IMG/VR virus record: IMGVR_UViG_3300025150_000002
Coordinates: 64,001-128,000 of that record
Source: a virus
Lineage: Duplodnaviria > Caudoviricetes
DNA length: 64,000 nt
Strand: one strand, 5' to 3'
How positions within the stretch are numbered: the stretch's first letter is position 1; the number at the start of each line of letters is the position of its first letter. Position numbers and translations under genes: made by a program. Positions 27,866 to 36,900 of this stretch are shown piece after piece. The notes beneath the pieces are model-generated. The model was not told the origin of the DNA, did not search any database, and was given only the letters and a program-made list of their open reading frames with translations.

Positions 27866-30796
27866 CTAGATGATAGCACTAGTGCTAGCAGTTCCAGCAG
27901 GTTGCGTCAAGTTAAATATGACAAATTCAGCTGGCTTGTTCGGCGAGAAGCCGATGTCGATGATCACCTTGCCCTGATCCATCGTCACCTGGCTGTTGTT
28001 GTTGCCGTTGCACTTGACGAAGAAGGCCTCCTCCTGGGTGTTACCGGAGAAGTACCCCAGACGAAAGAGCGAGCTGTAGTAGCCCCGGAGAGCTGTCTCG
28101 ATCTTCTGCCAGAGCTGCGGCCCGTTGTTCTCGAAAACCGTCCACTGCAGCTGCAGCTTGGTGGTGTACATCAGGAAGATGTGGAGTTGACGAGCGTTGA
28201 CGTAGCGCCAACGAGCCTCCTTCGAGAGGGACCGCGCTCCGTTGACGATGAACCCGGTAGCAACACCCGTTGGGAGAGGGTTGATTCGCGACTGGTAGAG
28301 GTTGTCCTGATCCAAGCGGGAGAGCTTGATCTCCGGTCCGACCGTTCCAGGCGCGTCCAGTGCCCCATCGACGATCCCCGCAGGGCTCTTTCCTACGTTC
28401 TTGTTCCGAGCGGTCTTCGCATAGACGCCAGCGGCGAAGGGCGACGCCGGGATAAGCTCAGGTAGCTCGGTCGAGTCGTTCAGGAAGTAGACGTTCGGGT
28501 AGTAGATGGCCGCGTTCTTGGTGTTGAACGCCTGAGTCACCAGCACGTACTGGATCGCCTCTGGCACCGTCGTTCCGTTCGCTAGCGCAAAGATCCCGAA
28601 CCGATCCTGGCGCGCATCGCAGAAGTCAACGATGTCCGCCTGGACGAAGGCCGAACCCTCGAAGTCTGGGACGACGACGTTGACCGGCTCCTCGATCAGG
28701 TCCAGAGCGTAGATGCCCTGCTTGGACCCCTCAAGGGTTGGGTTCGAGACATCGTTGCGCGTGATGACGGTGCCGTCCGTTCCGCCCGTCATCTGGTACT
28801 GAACCGCCGAGGACAGCTTCGTGTAGGCCGCCGTGATTGGCGTCGAAGCGGGCGGAGGAACAGCCCAAGTGAAGTCCAACGCTCCGGTGTTGTAGTCGAT
28901 CGTGTTCTCACCGGCGGCATCCACGTCCCCCACAATCACACCCAGCCCGTTGTCCTGGGCGTATTGACCGGTGTTGTAGAGCACATCGATCGTAGAACCT
29001 GTGAGAGGGGCGGATGTCGTGGTGAGTGAAACAGCACCGGTATCGGCGTTGATCACCGACGCTGTCGTCACGTCACCAAGCAGGTTGCCGGTCGTGTTGG
29101 CCCACACGTTGCCGAGGGCGATGTAGTCGACGTAGAAGAACGTACCGGCGATCGGGGCTACTAGTGTAGTCACCTCGATCGGTCCGGATCCAACAGACGA
29201 GGCTGTCTGACTATCGACCAGGTCGATAGTGTTGATGCCGCCACCATCAATCGAGCCGAGTAGCGGGACATCAACTTCCAGGTTGTTGAAATAGACCAGG
29301 TCGATGGTCGCCGTACCGCCGGTAGTCACAATCGCGCCGGGCGCGAAAGACCCACCCGCGATGTTACCGACACGGGCCACGCCCGAGGAAAAGGACAGGA
29401 CGTCACCTGTGACAGCACCCTGCGTGAACGTGTCACCGGGGGCGATGGCCCCTACGATAGCGCTGAGCTCCATCGTAGCGACGTTATCCTTGGTGATGAC
29501 GCTGGATACGTCGTGGTTGGCGACTACAGTCGACAGGGCTACAAGCTCGGCGGTGGTGCCGGTTAGAGCCCCAGTGTCGTAATTGACTGTACCGCCGAGA
29601 GGTAGTGCACCACCGGATCCGGTTAGGTTGCCGGCACCGTCGTCGGTGATGGTTGCCAGACCAATGCCATTCACGTTGACAGAGATCGCCAGCGTACCGG
29701 GGTGAACCGGTACGGATGCCAGAGGTGTTCCAGCCAGGCTGTAGGTCGCCGCAGTGCCACCGATGGTGGTTAGTGTCTGCGGCGCGGCCGCAGCACCAGC
29801 GTACTTCAGACGGAAGACCGTAACCTCCCGGTGAACCGGATTGTCTACGACGCCCGCATTGAAGGTGAACTCCTTGTTCGCACCGTCGATCAGTCCAGCA
29901 CTGGCTGGCAGGACCTCGTTCGCCACCGAAGACCGCTGGTAGAAGATCCGAGTGGACCCCTCCACCACAGGCAGATTGGTGAGCTGAAGCTCGAAGGCAG
30001 TGTTGGTGCTGTTGATTGTTCCTGAGGTCGGAGTGGTCGGCACGTGCTTGGTGGTACCGGACACAGCCGTGAGCTTCAGGGTGTTCGAGAGCACCGGCAC
30101 GTTGGCCAGCGATGCGATGAACCGCTGGGCTAGTGGTGCGCCACCACCAGTGCCGATCGACTCTGACAGTACGGTAACTGGAAGCATCGCCGTCGGCGTA
30201 CCGCCGACACCGATGGTCGTGGTCACCAGGAGACTTGGCCGACGGGGATCCTGAATCACGTTCAGGAGGTAGTCGGAGGCCGACGGGTCGTCGAACTGGA
30301 CCGCCTCGTAGGTCTCAACCGCATCGTCGAATGCCGGGTTGAAGTCCGCCGGGGCCAGGATCTGAAGGTCGTACTTCTCCCACGAGTTCGTGGTGTAGTC
30401 GAGGAAGTTCCGGTTACCCGAGACTCGGATCTTGAGGTCGTTACCCCACACACCCTGTCCGTTGGCTGTGAAGGTCCACTTCTCAGGACCAGGCGTCGCG
30501 TCGATGCTGACCGATGCGAAGGTCGAATCAGCCGGTGCAATGCGGTTGATCCAGGCCCTCTCTCCGCCAGTTCCGAAGAACGCCCGGATGGCCTGGGGAA
30601 CCACACCGCGCGTGTTGACCGGACCGAACACGCGAGTGAAGTCCTCAACAGACCTCACCTCGATAGGGTAGTTGGTCGGACCCTTCTGGGTCCAACCTAC
30701 GACGCCCATCTTTGCGGGCGAGAACTGATCGGGTGCGCGGGCCGGCGCCTTCTCCTGCCCGTAGACACCTGCTGACCGGTATTCAACGATCGGCAT
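27866..30796 (-). CDS. Contractile tail sheath protein (976 aa, large internal insertion)
   Basis: N-terminal AGVYGQE..VGWTQKGP..FTRVFG. C-terminal MTGGTDG, LYQSRINP, GARSLS, RYVNARQL, FENNGPQLW, IGFSPNKPAEF. Confidence 0.92.
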   Translation of the reverse strand: MPIVEYRSAGVYGQEKAPARAPDQFSPAKMGVVGWTQKGPTNYPIEVRSVEDFTRVFGPVNTRGVVPQAIRAFFGTGGERAWINRIAPADSTFASVSIDATPGPEKWTFTANGQGVWGNDLKIRVSGNRNFLDYTTNSWEKYDLQILAPADFNPAFDDAVETYEAVQFDDPSASDYLLNVIQDPRRPSLLVTTTIGVGGTPTAMLPVTVLSESIGTGGGAPLAQRFIASLANVPVLSNTLKLTAVSGTTKHVPTTPTSGTINSTNTAFELQLTNLPVVEGSTRIFYQRSSVANEVLPASAGLIDGANKEFTFNAGVVDNPVHREVTVFRLKYAGAAAAPQTLTTIGGTAATYSLAGTPLASVPVHPGTLAISVNVNGIGLATITDDGAGNLTGSGGALPLGGTVNYDTGALTGTTAELVALSTVVANHDVSSVITKDNVATMELSAIVGAIAPGDTFTQGAVTGDVLSFSSGVARVGNIAGGSFAPGAIVTTGGTATIDLVYFNNLEVDVPLLGSIDGGGINTIDLVDSQTASSVGSGPIEVTTLVAPIAGTFFYVDYIALGNVWANTTGNLLGDVTTASVINADTGAVSLTTTSAPLTGSTIDVLYNTGQYAQDNGLGVIVGDVDAAGENTIDYNTGALDFTWAVPPPASTPITAAYTKLSSAVQYQMTGGTDGTVITRNDVSNPTLEGSKQGIYALDLIEEPVNVVVPDFEGSAFVQADIVDFCDARQDRFGIFALANGTTVPEAIQYVLVTQAFNTKNAAIYYPNVYFLNDSTELPELIPASPFAAGVYAKTARNKNVGKSPAGIVDGALDAPGTVGPEIKLSRLDQDNLYQSRINPLPTGVATGFIVNGARSLSKEARWRYVNARQLHIFLMYTTKLQLQWTVFENNGPQLWQKIETALRGYYSSLFRLGYFSGNTQEEAFFVKCNGNNNSQVTMDQGKVIIDIGFSPNKPAEFVIFNLTQPAGTASTSAII

Positions 30797-30799
30797 TGG

Positions 30800-31102
30800 T
30801 TACTCCTCGCCCTTCGGCTTCTTGGTGGACTTCTTCTTGGCAGCCTCGGCCGCCTGGAGCGGAGTCATCGCCGGCACCGCCGGGATGGCCTTCAACATCG
30901 ATTTGTCGTCGATGGCGAAGTTCGGCACCTCGCGAGGGGTGACCATCCGGATCATGTTCTGTCTTACAAGGCGTGCGACCGACGCGTTGGTCGGATGCGC
31001 CTTGAACATGAACCCGGCTGGATAGCTCACGACGTTCCCGTTCGGGAACTCAACCGTGACAGCCGCTCGTGAGACCACTTGGTAAGTTTGATCGCGCTTC
31101 AT
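30800..31102 (-). CDS. Small virion protein consisting of the shared TYxVxS..SY..G..F..N.SV module
   Basis: Aligns with the N-termini of the 19351 and 24050 ORFs. Lies directly upstream of the sheath gene. Confidence 0.7.
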   Translation of the reverse strand: MKRDQTYQVVSRAAVTVEFPNGNVVSYPAGFMFKAHPTNASVARLVRQNMIRMVTPREVPNFAIDDKSMLKAIPAVPAMTPLQAAEAAKKKSTKKPKGEE

Positions 31103-31971
31103 CGTGAGCTCCCGTATACGCCTGTGCGAACGATGGGCCTACCTGTGCCGTAGAGTCCACCCTCACCAGGATCTGGATTCTGTACACCACCAGGGGAAAG
31201 AGGAACGCCGTTGGCATCAGCGGGAACCAATCCATAACCACCCGGTCCAGGGACAAGCTGGTAACCCGGACCGCCATATCCTGGCAGTGGCTGCGTAGTC
31301 TGCGTCCCCGTGAAAGCGGGAATGCAGATCGGCTCTCGATCCAATGTCAGTTCGCCCTCTACCTTCAACGAGAGTGAGTATCCCGGCACTCGTTCCACCA
31401 GAGAGCTTACATCAGTAAGGTCAGTAACGCCCTGTTGGAACGCGGCGTAGGTACGAGGATTGTTGATGCCGTCGAGCACAACAACCGTCTGACCGCGCAT
31501 TGGGAACCGGCGCATCATTATCTGAAGCAGGATCTGCGCTACCGTCCGGAACCGGGCCCAGCACTCGATTGAGTAGAAGAAGTCATAAGGTTGCTCCTTG
31601 TCCTTCTGCTCGTAGGAGGTCCACCCAGTGAGACCACCGGCAGACACACGCTTGGCGCCTTCGCACGGAAGACGGTAGGAGACCACAGGCGACAGAAGGC
31701 GGTCCTCAGCCGGAATGGTCGAGTCGCGGATGATGGAAATCATCGGCAAAACCGCACCAATCTGAGTCGGCTCAGGGCGCTTATAGACTACGAGTGCCCG
31801 ATCGATCGGTGTCTGGCGACCGTCGATCGTCACAAAGATGCCTTCGAGCGGCAGATACCACTCGTTCTTGACCTCGTCGGGGAGCGCACCGAGAGCCCTA
31901 GCGACAGCTTCGTCGAAGTCGTAGAAATCTACGCTTCCGGTCCGCTCGCCGAACTCTAGTCCATTGCTCAC
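31099..31971 (-). CDS. Putative tail completion/terminator protein
   Basis: Position upstream of the sheath. PYDFFYSIECWAR..YSLSLKVEGEL pattern. Function inferred from context. Confidence 0.5.
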   Translation of the reverse strand: MSNGLEFGERTGSVDFYDFDEAVARALGALPDEVKNEWYLPLEGIFVTIDGRQTPIDRALVVYKRPEPTQIGAVLPMISIIRDSTIPAEDRLLSPVVSYRLPCEGAKRVSAGGLTGWTSYEQKDKEQPYDFFYSIECWARFRTVAQILLQIMMRRFPMRGQTVVVLDGINNPRTYAAFQQGVTDLTDVSSLVERVPGYSLSLKVEGELTLDREPICIPAFTGTQTTQPLPGYGGPGYQLVPGPGGYGLVPADANGVPLSPGGVQNPDPGEGGLYGTGRPIVRTGVYGSSR

Positions 31972-32079
31972 GTGATCCTCTGTCGCATCAGATCGTGATG
32001 ATAACTGTTGATGCGAGAACTAGTCGAGGGTCTACAGCACTATCGGCTGCATCACAGACTAATTGATGCACACTAGAGG

Positions 32080-32109
32080 TTGACCTCGTAAGTGATCAGT
32101 GCGTATGCT
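32080..32109 (+). promoter_or_regulatory. sigma70-like promoter, probably giving a leaderless mRNA
   Basis: TTGACC (32080-85), 18 nt, TATGCT (32104-09). ATG lies 7 nt downstream at 32116 with no SD. Confidence 0.55.
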
Positions 32110-32115
32110 CGGTAA

Positions 32116-33228
32116 ATGCAGCGCGTCGTTCCTATCAAACTCAATGAAGATGTTGATCTTAGGGCGACGATTGAGTCGTTTAGACTCGTTCAGCAGCGCG
32201 TCTCGGATCTAGCCTTTGCGACCGGGTCATGGGATTCGGCGATCGCGCTCCACCGCGTCGCCTACCCACATGTCAGAGGAGCGCTCAAGTCGCAGCTCGT
32301 CTGCACAGCGATACGCCTTGTGGCCTCCGATTACGCTCGGCTTCGGCGGCTCAGAAAGCGTATCCACGGCGCGATTCACTTCAGCAAGCCGAGGGCTCTG
32401 TTCCTGATCGGGAAGGGGAAGCGGGACGCGTGCCCGCCTCGAAAAGAAACCATACGGATCTGGACCGTGGCCGGGCGGAAAGACATCGGCTTTACCATTC
32501 CGAAGGAGTTCGAGAGCTTGCTGAAACGGGTCACGTCCTACGACACACTAGCTGTCAGCATCAAAAGGGGACGACTCGTCGCCTCGCTCTCGGTGACTCT
32601 CAAGGCGCCGGATCGCAAGGGCTCGCGCCCGGCCGGCGTTTCGGCAGGTCTCAGAAACGATATAGCAGCAGTGGACGCCTCCGGACGAGCGCTCCGGATC
32701 GTCACAACAGCCCAAACAGTGATGGAGGAGACAACCCAGAAAACCAAAAAAAGACTTGAGCGACGTCTAGCTGCACGAAAGGCAGATGGGTACGAAACAC
32801 GATCCGTGCGACGTGCCCTCAAACGGCTGAGCAGACGGCGTCACCTGCGAACCAGAGCGTTTTGCCACGTAGCGGCAAACGAGCTGATCCGCTGGTTGGA
32901 TCTAGATGTGATCGTGGTAATGGAAGATCTTAGGCGGCCGCCACCGTCGCGGAGGAAGTCTTCCAGCAGTAACATCCCGCACTACTACGAAGGCCTTCGA
33001 CGGAGGCTTGAGGAGAAGTCGGAGGCTGCGGCTATCCCGGTCCACTATGTGAGCGTCACCGGTAATGCTCGGAGGTGCTCGGTCTGCGGCGACGCCGGCA
33101 CGATCGGCAGACGCGTGTTTAGTTGCGGGTCCTGCGGCAGCAGTGGTCCACTGAGCAAGAATGCCGCACTGAACATCAGGAACAAATTCACGGTCACACG
33201 GCCGTGGGCTGCTGTCAACCAGCCCTGA
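32116..33228 (+). CDS. tnpB: TnpB-family protein with inactivated RuvC (TldR-like)
   Basis: Overall TnpB layout. RuvC-I GVSAG (normally GVDxG), RuvC-II VMEDL intact, zinc finger CSVCG..CGSCG, RuvC-III LSKNAALNI (normally DxNAAxNI). No tnpA nearby. Confidence 0.85.
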   Translation: MQRVVPIKLNEDVDLRATIESFRLVQQRVSDLAFATGSWDSAIALHRVAYPHVRGALKSQLVCTAIRLVASDYARLRRLRKRIHGAIHFSKPRALFLIGKGKRDACPPRKETIRIWTVAGRKDIGFTIPKEFESLLKRVTSYDTLAVSIKRGRLVASLSVTLKAPDRKGSRPAGVSAGLRNDIAAVDASGRALRIVTTAQTVMEETTQKTKKRLERRLAARKADGYETRSVRRALKRLSRRRHLRTRAFCHVAANELIRWLDLDVIVVMEDLRRPPPSRRKSSSSNIPHYYEGLRRRLEEKSEAAAIPVHYVSVTGNARRCSVCGDAGTIGRRVFSCGSCGSSGPLSKNAALNIRNKFTVTRPWAAVNQP

Positions 33229-33272
33229 AGCTCGACAACGGGTAAGTGGCCTTGGTCACAGTTGATGAAAAG

Positions 33273-33968
33273 CTACTTCTGTCGCCAACGTGCTGAAAAC
33301 ACGTTGCGCCCCTTTTCGGTAACGGAGCTTGACTTTGATAGAGCTGCGACCTCGGCGTCGAGCCGGCCCCAAATGATCGTTCGAGGGAACCCGCCTAGCC
33401 CGTATTCAAGCCGTTGCGCAAGGAAGGGAACGTCGGCTAGAACCTTGCCATTGATCTTGGGGAGCGTGGCGTCGAACGCCTGAGGTGTCCTTCCGATCGT
33501 AGCCAGTTGTGACCTGATCTCGATCATCTCAGCGAGTCGAGCGCGGCGGTGAAAGTCAGTCTCTGACTCGGATGACGGCCTTACGAGCATATCGCCGCTA
33601 AAACCATCAGTTACTGCTGGAATGGTATCTAGTGTCCACGGGCTGTGTTGAGATAGAACACCAGCTACGTCGTCTCCACTAGAGATCCAAATCAGGCTAC
33701 GGTCAGCCACTATGCTCCCGTAGTCGATCTCGTTGACTCGGGCCTCGACCTCGAATCGGTCCTTGGCGACCTCCACAACAACGATGGACTTCTTGTAGAT
33801 GTCGTACCAACCACCATCATTGGGAATCAACGCGACGACCCGGTCACGTAGTCTGTAGGCGAGCTCCTTCGCGGAAGACTGCATTGCGACCTTACCGGCC
33901 GCTGGAACGCTAGTCTTTAGCTGCTCGATCTCTTTGACGAGCTCTTTGTCGTCAATCCAGAACCGCAC
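33273..33968 (-). CDS. Putative neck/head-tail joining protein
   Basis: Follows the portal gene. LEYGLGGFPR..IW motif resembles neck proteins. Assigned by context. Confidence 0.45.
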   Translation of the reverse strand: MRFWIDDKELVKEIEQLKTSVPAAGKVAMQSSAKELAYRLRDRVVALIPNDGGWYDIYKKSIVVVEVAKDRFEVEARVNEIDYGSIVADRSLIWISSGDDVAGVLSQHSPWTLDTIPAVTDGFSGDMLVRPSSESETDFHRRARLAEMIEIRSQLATIGRTPQAFDATLPKINGKVLADVPFLAQRLEYGLGGFPRTIIWGRLDAEVAALSKSSSVTEKGRNVFSARWRQK

Positions 33969-33971
33969 GAG

Positions 33972-36900
33972 CTAGTGCCGACCGTGTCCCCGCCCACGGC
34001 CCTGCGGTACCAGCTTGCCGTTACCGTTGCGAGACATGTAGGTGTGCTTGAGCTCTCGAATGAAGTGTTCGGTCTGGGTCAACCTGTGGGCGAGCGACTT
34101 GTTCTCGATCATGGCCTTCCGGAGAGAGTCTTGGATCTCAGCGTCGCGAGCCCTAGACTCCCGGTCCAGACGCTCTTCCAGACGCCGAGCCTGGTCATAG
34201 CGCTTCCATTCATTCTGGGTGTTGGGCCGCCCCGCCACTCCAGGGGGCGGTCCGATGTCCATCGGGGGCGGTGGACCTCCAGCCCCACCGGCGAGGGCTG
34301 GGCCCTCCATAGGCAGCCCGCCGGGTCCACCCGCACCACCACCACCACCGCCTGCGTCGCCCATCAGCTTCTGCTGCTCAGCCTGCTTCTTCATGTCCTC
34401 TTCGCGCTGCTTCTCGATCACATCAATCTCGTCGTCACTGAGCTTGAGGATTCGCTCCTGGATGTAGCGCATAGACACGAAAGGCTGGACGCGCGTGGCG
34501 AAGTCAGCCCGAGCGTTCTTGATCTCGTTGTGTGCCAACTCGTAGATCCCCGACGGAACCGTCATCATGACCTGAAGGTCTTGGTTGAACGGGTTGATAC
34601 CGCGCGAAGCCAGGTCGATTTGGATCAACCGACGAATAGTGTTCTTCATCTCGCGCTGAATACCCATGGTCACACGGGCGGCCCGAACGTCTTCGAACGA
34701 GAGGATCGTCTTAGGAGGCGGAGCATCGTCCTGACCGAGGTAGCTGCGCGGAACCTTGAGCACGCCGTGCAGCTTTCGGGCGAAGTACTCGACATCCTCT
34801 GTGGCCTGGTAGTCGGGACCCTGTAGTACTTCGACGCGGGCCAACTCGCGGTTCTCGCGGACTGCAATGAAGAAGTCCTGCATGTTGTCCATCGGGTTGT
34901 AGCGCATGTCCAGGCGCTGCGTGTTGTGGACAAACACACCAGCGGTCAGGGCGAAGTTGTGATAGTCCTCCACGGTGATGTCGTAAACATCCTCAAACCC
35001 GTCCGGAGTTACGCTGACCACTGTGTGGTTGTTCTTGCCGGCACCGACCAGTCGCCTTTCCTTCTTCTTCTGAGGCCCGCTCTTCCGCTCACCAGTTCCT
35101 GCAACCTGCTCCTTGTAATCGGCGAAGCTCTTGAAACCGCGCCGCTTCAAAAGCGCGGTCCAGCAGCCGCGACTCAACTTGGGCTTGATGGTTGTAGGCA
35201 GGTCCGCATAGATCCGAATGAAGTCCTCTTGCCCGTTGAGCCACGCGACCATGTCCTGGGACGTGATGGTCGGGTCGTTGTGCAGTTTCTGGTCCACCAT
35301 CGCGAAGACCAGGTTGTAGAGGCAATCAGCCCGCTCTGTCTTAGTGGCGGCCGCCTTTTTGTTGGCCTCGCTAATCTTCTCAGGATTCTCCTCGCGCCAA
35401 TCACGGATACGCCCGTATAACTCCTGCTTGAACACCGGATCATTCTGGGCCCTCTCTTTGAGAGCCTTCCGGGCCGCCTGGAGATGAATGGGGTGCCGAC
35501 CACCGGCGTGGTCTCCGGGGGTGATCGGTTCCAGATTTGACGGGTGATTGTTCTCCTTGTTTTCGTCACGATGATGGACATGAAGACCCTTGGCCTTGTA
35601 GTCCGGGTCAATCAGCTCCTCTGTGACCATTTGATGGACGTAGCGCTGCTTACCAAGCCCCGTGTCCTTGTACTTCCAGTAGTGCTGCGTCTCCTTGCTA
35701 CCGCGAGACAGGTAGAGGGGCATGAGCGACTCACCCTTGACGAGGTCTTGGGCCTGCTTGTAGGAGCCGTTTCGCAGCAGGAAGGGGTGGTCTCCTGTGC
35801 ATCGAACGATGGCGCCGCTGTCTACCACGACCCGGTAAACGGCCTTCTTCTTGCCTGAGAGGCCAGCGGCCGTGATCTTGCCGGGAACTACCCTGTGCCG
35901 CTTTGTATCGTAAGAGAATACGTAGTGGTGCTTCCCTTCCTTAGCGAGCCTGGGCACCTCCTCCGCCAGATCGCGCATCGACCTGTCCTTACCATCGAGA
36001 CAGGTGACCGGGGTTTCACCGGTGAGGCAGCGCGGGTTCACGAGCTTCTGCTTGCGCATGTCCTGCTTGGCCTTACGCAAGAACGAGTCGACCTTGTCCG
36101 AGGGTATATCAGTGACGTCGATGTAAAACGCGAAGCGTGCTGGCGCTCTTGTGTTATGGACACAAACCCCGTCTGCGATGAAGTTGTGCTCTTCGTCTTC
36201 GACGCCGATGTCCCAAATATCATCGACGCCGACCACTTCGACTCCACGCAGGGGCTCTGTCAGTGGCTGCTGCTTGAACGTGATGTCCATGCAGTAGGAC
36301 GTAGTGCCCTTCAGCGGCTGGGTCGACCCTGCGATGGTGCGGCCACCTTCGCGGGTTCGCTCGCGCACGAAGGTGACTACCAGTCCTAGCTGCATCGCGA
36401 GCTCGCGCACATCTTCGAGGAGTTGCTTGTTGCACAACTCGAAGCGCGCCTTTTCAAATCGGGTCTTGCGGCCCTCCCTGCGCGGGATGATGTGGGCGTC
36501 CGCATCAGCGAGACCACGGATCATCGCGAGCTTGATCTCTGGACTCGCGCGGAACACCCACTCAGGAAGGCGCTTGTCGTGGGCCCCCGGAATGAATCCA
36601 TTGAGAAGCATGAACTCGGCGAACTTGCTTGAGACAAATGAGTAGGCCCCGAGGCGGTAGTCCTGGTCATTGACCAGCTTCACACCTGGAACATAGCGCT
36701 CGAACAGGCCCTTGTAGCGATCGTTGATTTGGTCGTCCTCGCCCAGGGCAAATCCGATCTCGTTCTGTGAGACGAACCCGCCCTTTTGAGTCCTGGTGGT
36801 GATGAACCCGTCACCAAGCATAAAGCCCCACCACCGGGCGAAGTCTTCGTCGACTACATCTGGGACAGTGACTCCCTTTACCGGGATTCCGCGATCACCG

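Noticed and set aside
8273-31971. Extracellular contractile injection system or tailocin
   Set aside because: Sheath and tube genes sit with a portal, DNA polymerase and replication genes, so this is a phage genome segment.
32116-33228. Active IS200/IS605 or IS607 transposon
   Set aside because: No transposase gene, no clear subterminal end palindromes, and two RuvC aspartates are missing.
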